A DNA stretch of 64,000 nucleotides, taken from assembly GCA_015163875.1 (NCBI GenBank), contig JAAOIH010000002.1, positions 17,574 through 81,573 on the forward strand, written 5' to 3'. Of the stretch, positions 19,226 through 26,836 are shown piece after piece. Numbering within the stretch: position 1 is the stretch's first letter; each line of letters begins with the position of its first letter. The notes under the pieces are model-generated. The model was not told the DNA's origin. It saw nothing but the letters and a program-made list of their open reading frames with translations, and did not search any database. This DNA comes from Bdellovibrionales bacterium. GTDB taxonomy: Bacteria > Bdellovibrionota > Bdellovibrionia > Bdellovibrionales > UBA1609. Both the position numbers and the translations under genes were made by a program.

Positions 19226-20257
19226 TTGATTATCAAAAAAAACATTAGCGACTCTGTAGCAGTTTTAACTTTAAACAGAGCAGAGTCTTTAAACGCCCTA
19301 AGTACTGAAATGATACTTTCGCTTAAATCTCATTTAACAGATTTAGAAAAAGACAAATCTATAATTGCAATAGTAATAAATAGCTGTTTGCAAAAAGCTT
19401 TTTGTGCAGGGGGCGACATTGTAGATGTGTGCAAAGACATTCGTGATAAAAAAATTACAAAAGCTAATAAATTTTTTAGACAAGAATATGACATGCATAT
19501 TTTATTAAGAACTATAAAGACTCCAGTTATTGGAATTGCAGAAGGCTTTTCTATTGGAGGGGGATTAGGATTATTAAATTCTTGCAAATACAAAATAATT
19601 TCAGAAAGCTCGCAAGCCTCTATGCCAGAAGCATTGATTGGCTTTTTTCCAGATGTTGGTGCATCTAATTTTTTGTCTTCTTCTAAATTTGGTTTATTTT
19701 TAGGGCTAACCTCCCAAAGAATAAAAGCTTCTGATATGTTGCTTTGTAAATTAGCAGATTACTTTATTCCATCAAAAGATATTGATAAGTTGTTTAAATT
19801 TTTATCTACAGCAGATAGTTTAAATTTTACAGAACTATTAAATCAAAAATTAAAACTTTTAGACAAACGAGACATTTTAGAAGATGGAAATTTAATAAAA
19901 AATAAAAATTTTATAACAGAAGTTTGTAAAGCCAAATGCATAAAAGATTTTGATAAAAAATTAAATTCATACAGCGGAGACAGTGCTTGGATTTTAAAAG
20001 CAATAGAAAATTTTAACTACGGATCAAAACATTCTTTAAAATTTATTTTTGAACAATTAAAACAAAATCGTAATTGGGATTTAAAAAAACTTTTTGATAA
20101 AGAATATAAAATGGCTTTATATTTTTCAGAACATAATGATTTATTAGAGGGAGTAAGGGCTTTGCTAGAAGACAAAGACAAAGCTCCTGTATGGAAAGAT
20201 AGCTTATATAATAGTGTAGATATCCCAAATGATATTTTAAAAGAATTAAATAGTTAA
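19226..20257 (+). CDS. 3-hydroxyisobutyryl-CoA hydrolase-like crotonase-family protein
   Basis: TLNRAESLNALS, AFCAGGDI, MPEALIGFFPDVG, EGVRALLEDKD..P.W; TTG start. Confidence 0.88.
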   Translation: MIIKKNISDSVAVLTLNRAESLNALSTEMILSLKSHLTDLEKDKSIIAIVINSCLQKAFCAGGDIVDVCKDIRDKKITKANKFFRQEYDMHILLRTIKTPVIGIAEGFSIGGGLGLLNSCKYKIISESSQASMPEALIGFFPDVGASNFLSSSKFGLFLGLTSQRIKASDMLLCKLADYFIPSKDIDKLFKFLSTADSLNFTELLNQKLKLLDKRDILEDGNLIKNKNFITEVCKAKCIKDFDKKLNSYSGDSAWILKAIENFNYGSKHSLKFIFEQLKQNRNWDLKKLFDKEYKMALYFSEHNDLLEGVRALLEDKDKAPVWKDSLYNSVDIPNDILKELNS

Positions 20258-20275
20258 TAAAAAAATGGAGAAAAA

Positions 20276-21073
20276 ATGTTATTAAAAGAATATAAAAATT
20301 TATTAGTCACTAAAGAAGACAAAATTTTAACAATTAGTATTAATCGTCCAAAAGTATTAAACGCATTAAACCAAGAACTATTGTCTGAGTTAAAAACTTT
20401 ATTAACTTTAATAACAGACACAGATTTTAAAGATTTAAGGGGAGTTATTTTAACCTCAGAGGGAGAAAAAGCATTTATTGCAGGTGCTGACATAAAAGAA
20501 ATGGACGGATTAGAAGACGACAAGGCTTCTGACTTTTCTGCCCTAGGACAAGAGGTAAGTTTATTATTTTCTAAAGTTAAAGTTCCAGTTATTGCATGCG
20601 TTCAAGGTTATGCATTGGGAGGTGGGTGTGAAATGGCAATGTCTGCTGACTGGATTTACGCTACAGAAAACGCAATTTTTGGTTTGCCAGAATTAAGCTT
20701 GGGATTAATTCCTGGATTTGGAGGAACAAAAAGATTGGCGCAATTTGTTGGACTTGCAAAAGCTAAAGAACTTATTTTTACAGGAGGCAAGTGGACAGCT
20801 GCCGATGCTTATAAAAATTTATTAGTAAACAAAGTTTTTGCAAACAAAGAAGAAATGTTATCTTTTGCAAAAAAACAATTATTAAAATCAGAAAGACAAT
20901 CAGCCCTTGGAGTTTTTTATTCTAAAAAAACAATGGAAGAATCTTATTTTTGCAATATGCAAGACTCAATGTCTATAGAAAAAAAATCTTTTTCTGCAAT
21001 CTTTTCAAGCAAAGACAAACGCACCGGAATAAAAGCCTTCCTAAACAAAGAAAAACCAAACTTCCAATACTAA
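20276..21073 (+). CDS. Enoyl-CoA hydratase (crotonase)
   Basis: INRPKVLNAL, AFIAGADI, GYALGGGCE, PELSLGLIPGFGGT. Confidence 0.92.
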   Translation: MLLKEYKNLLVTKEDKILTISINRPKVLNALNQELLSELKTLLTLITDTDFKDLRGVILTSEGEKAFIAGADIKEMDGLEDDKASDFSALGQEVSLLFSKVKVPVIACVQGYALGGGCEMAMSADWIYATENAIFGLPELSLGLIPGFGGTKRLAQFVGLAKAKELIFTGGKWTAADAYKNLLVNKVFANKEEMLSFAKKQLLKSERQSALGVFYSKKTMEESYFCNMQDSMSIEKKSFSAIFSSKDKRTGIKAFLNKEKPNFQY

Positions 21074-21077
21074 AAAT

Positions 21078-21285
21078 GCACACCTGACCCCCAAACCAAA
21101 CCAAACCCCCTTTGAGGGTCAGGTACACCCCCCTCTAAACAGGGGCCTGCCGACCAAGTCAAACCAAACCCCCTTTGAGGGTCAGGTACACCCCCCTCTA
21201 AACAGAGGCCTGCCGACCAAGTCAAACCAAACCAACTTTGAGGGTCAGGTACACCCACTAAATAGGGGTGTACCTGACCCTCAAA
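21078..21285. repeat. REP-like locus A: degenerate half-site, three 63-bp-spaced arms and a terminal palindrome
   Basis: TTTGAGGGTCAGGTACAC at 21111, 21174 and 21237; reverse arm at 21268-21285; degenerate reverse arm at 21078-21095. Confidence 0.93.
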
Positions 21286-21287
21286 TT

Positions 21288-22685
21288 TTACCTAAGAATA
21301 ATATTGGCAATATCAACAACAATAAATAAAAATGATACCTGCACAATGGATTTATATGCCCCAATAGTTATTGGTATAATTGATAGGGGTATTTTTGTTT
21401 TAGAATTGTAATTAAAATTTTTTGTAGAAGCTGTTAGTTTAGAAGAAATATTTTCTATTCTGCTCATATTAAAATTTAAATCATAAATAGTTTCCCTGAG
21501 CATTTCTCTCACTTTAGAATGAGAGTCCCATGTTTTGCTAGTTTTTAATATCACGGCTAAAACATATTCAATATCGTAAATAAATTGTTGTATTTTATCG
21601 GAAGTTTTTCTATTTTCTGTTTTTATAAAATTCTCATAACTTTTATGATATGTATTTAGATTATCAAGCAAAGGCTTAAAGGTGTTACTCATCATTTCTG
21701 CCCCTATTGTGGTGCGAAGCTTCCATAAAATATTAGAAATCATCATAGAGTTTTCATGATTCATTCCAGAACGAATATCCAACAAAGATGTACGCCTATT
21801 TACATCACCTTCATGTCGCGCAACCCTTTCTTCAATATTGCGAAGAGGTGTATTGTCTTTATTAATTTTACCTATTTGTGGATTATTTAACATATGAGCC
21901 GCTCCAAAATCTGCAATGGCTTCATTCATAAAACTTTTGTTAACATAGGCAGGTATTGTGTAAGTGCTATGCATTAACGAATGAGTTCTTTCGTGGTACA
22001 GTATTGATTCACTCTCTACTGCGGCTTTATTACCGAACAAAGGATTCATAACAATAACTGTCTTTAGCTTTGGCGACCAGATATTTATTACAGGAGGGCC
22101 TATTGAGTGTGGACCACTTGCTGATGAATTATTAACGATTACACGGGTGATACTAGGTTTTTTAAATCCCATTTTCATCATAGTTTTATCAAAACTATCC
22201 AGGTTATTTGCTATTTTTTGTCCTATTTTTTTGGAATTTTTTAAATCTCCAACAACTTCTACAGTTTTATTATTTTTTGCTAATAAGCGATAAGGCCTAA
22301 CAAGAAGTTGTGCCCAAGATGTGTCTAGTAACATGACTCTAAGAACATCCTTAAGCTCTGTTAAAACTTCTTTTACAGATAAAGATGTAGTATCTTTTTC
22401 TAGTTTTGCCCAATTCGCAATTTCATCTTCCTTATATATTTTGTCTTTTTTTAATCGACTATTAGTAAATTTTATAGATACCTGTTCAGCACTTTGATGA
22501 AGTTCTCTAAATTTCAAAGTTTGAATTACTGGGTCACCAGCAAGTTGCACTCTATATGTTTCTCCTTTTTGAAAAGAGCTTTCTTGTAAAGAAGAAAACA
22601 ATGAAGAACAGACTGGCTGAGCTTTCCCTTTAATAGGAAAATATAAACTAATAGTACAAAGAATTATAATTAAGTATTTAAACAT
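21288..22685 (-). CDS. Secreted gluzincin metallopeptidase (thermolysin M4 / fungalysin M36-like)
   Basis: Signal peptide from MFKYL (ATG 22685; ORF track starts at 22706); HERTH (HExxH), NEAIAD third zinc ligand, PLRNI, HENSMMISNILWKLR; hydrophobic C-terminus. Confidence 0.72.
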   Translation of the reverse strand: MFKYLIIILCTISLYFPIKGKAQPVCSSLFSSLQESSFQKGETYRVQLAGDPVIQTLKFRELHQSAEQVSIKFTNSRLKKDKIYKEDEIANWAKLEKDTTSLSVKEVLTELKDVLRVMLLDTSWAQLLVRPYRLLAKNNKTVEVVGDLKNSKKIGQKIANNLDSFDKTMMKMGFKKPSITRVIVNNSSASGPHSIGPPVINIWSPKLKTVIVMNPLFGNKAAVESESILYHERTHSLMHSTYTIPAYVNKSFMNEAIADFGAAHMLNNPQIGKINKDNTPLRNIEERVARHEGDVNRRTSLLDIRSGMNHENSMMISNILWKLRTTIGAEMMSNTFKPLLDNLNTYHKSYENFIKTENRKTSDKIQQFIYDIEYVLAVILKTSKTWDSHSKVREMLRETIYDLNFNMSRIENISSKLTASTKNFNYNSKTKIPLSIIPITIGAYKSIVQVSFLFIVVDIANIILR

Positions 22686-22750
22686 ACTTCTTAATGTGCA
22701 AGGCATAATCCAGTTATTGTTTCATAGTAAAACACTTTATAAAAAGTAAC

Positions 22751-22900
22751 TAACTTTGAGTAACTTTGAGGGTCAGGTACACCCCCCTCTAAACAGGGGC
22801 CTGCCGACCAAGTCAAACCAAACCAACTTTGAGGGTCAGGTACACCCCCTAAATAGGGGTGTACCTGACCCTCAAAAATTCTCAAAAATTCTCAAAAGTT
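22751..22900. repeat. REP-like locus B
   Basis: Arm at 22765; 49-bp palindrome at 22828-22876; 10-bp micro-duplications TAACTTTGAG x2 and CTCAAAAATT x3 (third copy one mismatch) at the ends. Confidence 0.93.
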
Positions 22901-22935
22901 TAGACACTTATAAGTGCCTGTATTTATTTTGAATA

Positions 22936-22981
22936 TTGACTTTTGTGCATATCTGTATTCTATATACAGATATGCACAAAA
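22936..22981 (+). promoter_or_regulatory. TTGACT -35 box plus an 18-bp-arm perfect inverted repeat covering the ATPase start codon
   Basis: TTTTGTGCATATCTGTAT-TCTAT-ATACAGATATGCACAAAA (22941-22981); ATG at 22972 has no Shine-Dalgarno sequence. Confidence 0.65.
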
Positions 22982-24126
22982 TAAAAAGAGATATCTTATC
23001 CTTAGTTGAAAAAAAGCTACAAAGTAATCCAGTAGTGGCTTTGCTAGGGCCAAGACAATGTGGAAAATCGACTTTAGCAAAAGAGTATTTAAAAACTAAA
23101 AAAGATACTGTTTATTTAGATTTAGAAAACGATCAAGATCGTTTTAAAATTAAAGATATTTGGGAATTTTTTAATTACCATAAAGAAAAATTAATTTGCC
23201 TTGATGAAATTCAAAGATTGCCAGAAATTTTTTCACAAATTAGATCTTATGTTGATCAATCTTCTGGCAATGGAAGGTTTCTTATTTTGGGGTCAGCATC
23301 TAGAGATTTAATTAAACAAAGTTCTGAAACATTAGCAGGAAGAATTTCTTATATAGAGATGGGGCCTTTTTCTTATAAAGAATTACAAGACACTCAGTGG
23401 TTAAATGAACATTTTATTAGGGGATCTTTTCCCCGTAGTGTTTTGGCCAAAAGCCATGAAGAAAGTTTTGATTGGCGTAAAAATTACATAAGAACTTTTT
23501 TAGAAAGAGACATTCCAAATTTGGGTTTTCGAGTCCCATCCTCTGTGTTAAATAATTTTTGGCACATGTTAGCTCACTTACAGGGGCAAATTTTAAATGC
23601 CGACAAATTAGGAACTTCTTTAGGAGTGACGGCACATACTGTAAAAAATTATATACATATTTTAAAAGAAACTTTTATGATTAGATGCCTGCCTGCTTAT
23701 TTTTTTAATACAAAAAAAAGACTAATCAAGTCTCAAAAAATATATATTCGAGATACTGGAATTGTTCATGCTTTGTTAAATTTAGATAGTATAGATAATT
23801 TATTAGGGCACCCTGTATATGGTTTTAGTTATGAAACTTATGTTATAGAAACTTTAATAAATCTTTATCCTCAACATGAAGCTTATTTTTTTAAAACCGC
23901 AAAAGGGGAAGAGATTGATTTAGTATTAATTAAAGGACAACAAAAAATAGCTTTTGAAATTAAAGCCTCTGCAGTGCCAAAAATAGAAAAAGGTTTTTGG
24001 TCTGCATTGGATATTTTAAAACCTGATGAAGTTTGTATTATAGCTAAGGTAGATAAAGATTACCCAATACAAAATGGAGTGATGGTTAAAAGTCTTTCTA
24101 GCGTTGTTTCTAGCACTAAAGTTTAG
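22972..24126 (+). CDS. AAA_14 ATPase with DUF4143 C-terminal domain
   Basis: LLGPRQCGKST, LDEIQ, LGSAS, ETLAGR, K.YIRDTG, YETYV, EEIDLV..FEIK; start placed at MHKIK (ORF track starts at TTG 22936). Confidence 0.9.
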   Translation: MHKIKRDILSLVEKKLQSNPVVALLGPRQCGKSTLAKEYLKTKKDTVYLDLENDQDRFKIKDIWEFFNYHKEKLICLDEIQRLPEIFSQIRSYVDQSSGNGRFLILGSASRDLIKQSSETLAGRISYIEMGPFSYKELQDTQWLNEHFIRGSFPRSVLAKSHEESFDWRKNYIRTFLERDIPNLGFRVPSSVLNNFWHMLAHLQGQILNADKLGTSLGVTAHTVKNYIHILKETFMIRCLPAYFFNTKKRLIKSQKIYIRDTGIVHALLNLDSIDNLLGHPVYGFSYETYVIETLINLYPQHEAYFFKTAKGEEIDLVLIKGQQKIAFEIKASAVPKIEKGFWSALDILKPDEVCIIAKVDKDYPIQNGVMVKSLSSVVSSTKV

Positions 24127-24164
24127 TTTAAATAACTGGACTAACAGAGGCACACAGGTCTAGC

Positions 24165-24230
<66 letters not shown>

Positions 24231-24274
24231 TGTGTATTATATTTATAGAAGCAAAAATAAACACAGGAAATTTT

Positions 24275-25549
24275 ATGAAATTTTTAGCACTACTATTAAT
24301 ATTTGCACTAAGTTCATGCAATGGCATGAAGTGGAAAACTTCAAAAAATACTAAACCAACTAGAAAAATAAGTTTACTAAAGAGAGATATTTCTTCAAAT
24401 AAAGGAACCTCTACAGCCACAACTAAAATAATTTCTGGTGTCGAATGCTATTTATCAGTAGAAAGAAATGGCAAAATAATAAGAAGAAAAAAATTTCGAG
24501 AGCCATTAGGAACTGAATTCCATTTTTCTTCTAAAGTTGAATCTGGTGAATTTTATGCAATGATAGACCATAACCAAGAACATAGTAGAATTGCAATAAG
24601 CTCAAAGGCTGAAGACCTTTCATGGTCGTTTATTCATAATGGTAAAAAAGCATCTACTATTAAGGTTGCAGATTGTAGGAAAATAAAAAGAAACAAATTA
24701 GGAGCTGTGATTCGCTGTTTCCCTTCTGGGCAAGGGAGTACAAAAATTACGAAGAAAATTTCTTTTGATTGTGAAAGGAACAATAATGATGATTCTGTGT
24801 ATACAAAGCATATTGATTCTTTCTATGCAACAGGTGAAAACTCTCAGGTGAGGAGGGCTCTTGAGATGCTTTCCAAAGTGCCTATCTCACTGTCCTTTAG
24901 AGGAAGAGGGAGTAGTAAGATTTATAAAGTTGATAATCACAATTTAGTTTTATTGAGATATTATAAGACCCCATATCCGGAAAAGACTTGGCAAAAAGAG
25001 GGAAATTATGCGAGTGGCATTTATGAGGTTACTGGAGGAAAATTTTGTGATGAAAACAGCGGGCTGTTCTGTACTCCTTCATATGGAGTGCCTATCTCCA
25101 TTTGTGTGGCCAGAAAATCTGGTGTTTTGGTCCCTAATGACGTGGAGAGCGGCAGAACTAAAAAAACAGTCGCAGACAGTCTTGTCAATTATTGGTGGTA
25201 TAACATGGTGTCAAACCTTAAGTCAGGATTAAAAAAAGTTTTTAACTACAATAAAACAGCATCTTCAAAACAACCAAAACTAGGAACACTACGACTACTT
25301 AGATATTCAAAAAACTTAGATGACGCCTTAAAATCTTCTTATGATAACGATACGCGACTTCTACCTGAAAAAAACACTCCCCATGCACTAAGTGGCAATT
25401 ATTATACAAAGTACGCCGGTGTCAGCGTTGGAGTGCCGAAATGCCGCAATGGCGTGTCAGTACTTATGGAACATTCACAAGTAGAAAAATTAGAAGTAGT
25501 GTTTGATAGACGATATGACTATAACAAAAATAGGAATAAGAAAAAGTAG
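24275..25549 (+). CDS. Uncharacterised lipoprotein, visibly more GC-rich than the host DNA
   Basis: ATG 24275 after AGGAAA; MKFLALLLIFALSSC lipobox; no family recognised (ORF track starts at TTG 24230). Confidence 0.7.
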   Translation: MKFLALLLIFALSSCNGMKWKTSKNTKPTRKISLLKRDISSNKGTSTATTKIISGVECYLSVERNGKIIRRKKFREPLGTEFHFSSKVESGEFYAMIDHNQEHSRIAISSKAEDLSWSFIHNGKKASTIKVADCRKIKRNKLGAVIRCFPSGQGSTKITKKISFDCERNNNDDSVYTKHIDSFYATGENSQVRRALEMLSKVPISLSFRGRGSSKIYKVDNHNLVLLRYYKTPYPEKTWQKEGNYASGIYEVTGGKFCDENSGLFCTPSYGVPISICVARKSGVLVPNDVESGRTKKTVADSLVNYWWYNMVSNLKSGLKKVFNYNKTASSKQPKLGTLRLLRYSKNLDDALKSSYDNDTRLLPEKNTPHALSGNYYTKYAGVSVGVPKCRNGVSVLMEHSQVEKLEVVFDRRYDYNKNRNKKK

Positions 25550-25592
25550 TTTGCTTCTTATTCTCATTGCTATGATGGTGCATACATACTTA

Positions 25593-25620
25593 GTGTACCT
25601 GACCCCCAAACAAATCTGAT
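25593..25620. repeat. REP-like locus C (single reverse half-site)
   Basis: GTGTACCTGACCCCCAAACAAATCTGAT. Confidence 0.85.
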
Positions 25621-25650
25621 TGGCCTACTTGCCAATACTTTCTTTGTTCG

Positions 25651-25680
25651 TATATATCTCTATTTAAATAGAGATATATA
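25651..25680. promoter_or_regulatory. Perfect 30-bp palindrome 3 bp upstream of the resB-like start
   Basis: TATATATCTCTATTTAAATAGAGATATATA equals its own reverse complement; function not established. Confidence 0.6.
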
Positions 25681-25683
25681 ATC

Positions 25684-26835
25684 ATGAAAAAAATCAAACC
25701 ATTTATTAAATTTTTTGCCAAAACAGAAATTTTTTTCTACTCATTAATTCCATTAATGGCATTGGTAGTTTTAGGCACAGTTGCGCAAAAATATATTGGT
25801 CTATATCAAGCACAAGCTACTTATTTTTCATCTTTTTATTTTTTAGTATTTAAATATATTCCAATCCCTGGCGGCTATACTATTTTATCTATTATTTTTG
25901 TTAATTTAATTTGCAAACTTTTTATAAGCTCTTGGAAGTTAAACAAATTAGGAACAAACATCGTTCATATTGGAGTAGCATTATTATTATTTGGAGGTTT
26001 TTTAACAGCAGTTTTTACTCAAGAGGGGCAAATTACATTAGGGGAGGGGGAGTCTAAATCTTATTTTACAGATTATTTTAAAAATGAATTAATTTTACAA
26101 AAGGTTGTTTTTAATAAAAATAAACCTCGGCCAAAGATGCCAGCATTTTTTTCTAAAAAAAAACCATCTTATAAAGTTTTAAAAACATGGGTAAAAACTG
26201 ATTTTATTAAAAATAAAACAATATTTTTTTCTTCTGCAAAAATTAACATACAAATTTTAAAACATTTTAAAAATGTAGGTCTTAAAAAAAGAAACACAGC
26301 AGCGCCTGTTAATCAAAAAGGTTTTATAACTCAATTTTATTTATTTAATAAAAAAGAAGAAGTAAAAAAAGAACTTAACTCCGAGGCCTTAATATTTAAA
26401 GTTAAAGAAAATAAATTAGTGTATGGTATTTTTGATGGAATGCCTATTTCGCAAACCATATCAGTAAATGATAAAATATTTGTAATATCATTAAGGCGTA
26501 GGCGCTACCACCTCCCAATTAATATTAAATTAATAGATTTTAAAAAACTAAATTATACAGGAAGCTCTAAAGCTAAAAATTATCAATCTTTTATAGAGGT
26601 TAAAAATAAAGCAGGATTACAAAAAGCATTAGTTGAAATGAATCAACCTTTTAGATACAAAGATTACACTTTTTATCAGGCATCTTTTTCGCAAGAAAAT
26701 AATAAAGAAACTTCTGTGCTGGCAGTAGTAAAAAACAAAGGCAGAATTTTTCCATACTTAGCAAGTTTAATTATGTGTTTTGGATTACTGTTTCACTTAC
26801 TTGCATACTTGCCAAAAGTTTTAAGGAGAGTTTAA
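25684..26835 (+). CDS. ResB/Ccs1-like cytochrome c biogenesis protein (system II)
   Basis: GTVAQKYIG, VHIGVALLLFGG, MNQPFRYKDYTFYQASF; adjacent to ccsA. Confidence 0.82.
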   Translation: MKKIKPFIKFFAKTEIFFYSLIPLMALVVLGTVAQKYIGLYQAQATYFSSFYFLVFKYIPIPGGYTILSIIFVNLICKLFISSWKLNKLGTNIVHIGVALLLFGGFLTAVFTQEGQITLGEGESKSYFTDYFKNELILQKVVFNKNKPRPKMPAFFSKKKPSYKVLKTWVKTDFIKNKTIFFSSAKINIQILKHFKNVGLKKRNTAAPVNQKGFITQFYLFNKKEEVKKELNSEALIFKVKENKLVYGIFDGMPISQTISVNDKIFVISLRRRRYHLPINIKLIDFKKLNYTGSSKAKNYQSFIEVKNKAGLQKALVEMNQPFRYKDYTFYQASFSQENNKETSVLAVVKNKGRIFPYLASLIMCFGLLFHLLAYLPKVLRRV

Positions 26836-26836
26836 A

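Noticed and set aside
21070-21258. ORFs translated from the REP clusters (21070-21258 and 22691-22885, minus strand; GVPDPQ repeats)
   Set aside because: These are shadows of the GC-rich 63-bp repeat, with no ribosome-binding site and no protein-like features.
21111-21285. CRISPR array
   Set aside because: The sequence between the arms is nearly invariant rather than unique spacers, there are only three units, and no cas genes are present.
21237-21290. Canonical integron attC sites or Xer dif sites at the cassette ends
   Set aside because: There is no RYYYAAC...GTTRRRY pair enclosing the hairpins, no resemblance to XerC/XerD arms, and no integrase in the window.
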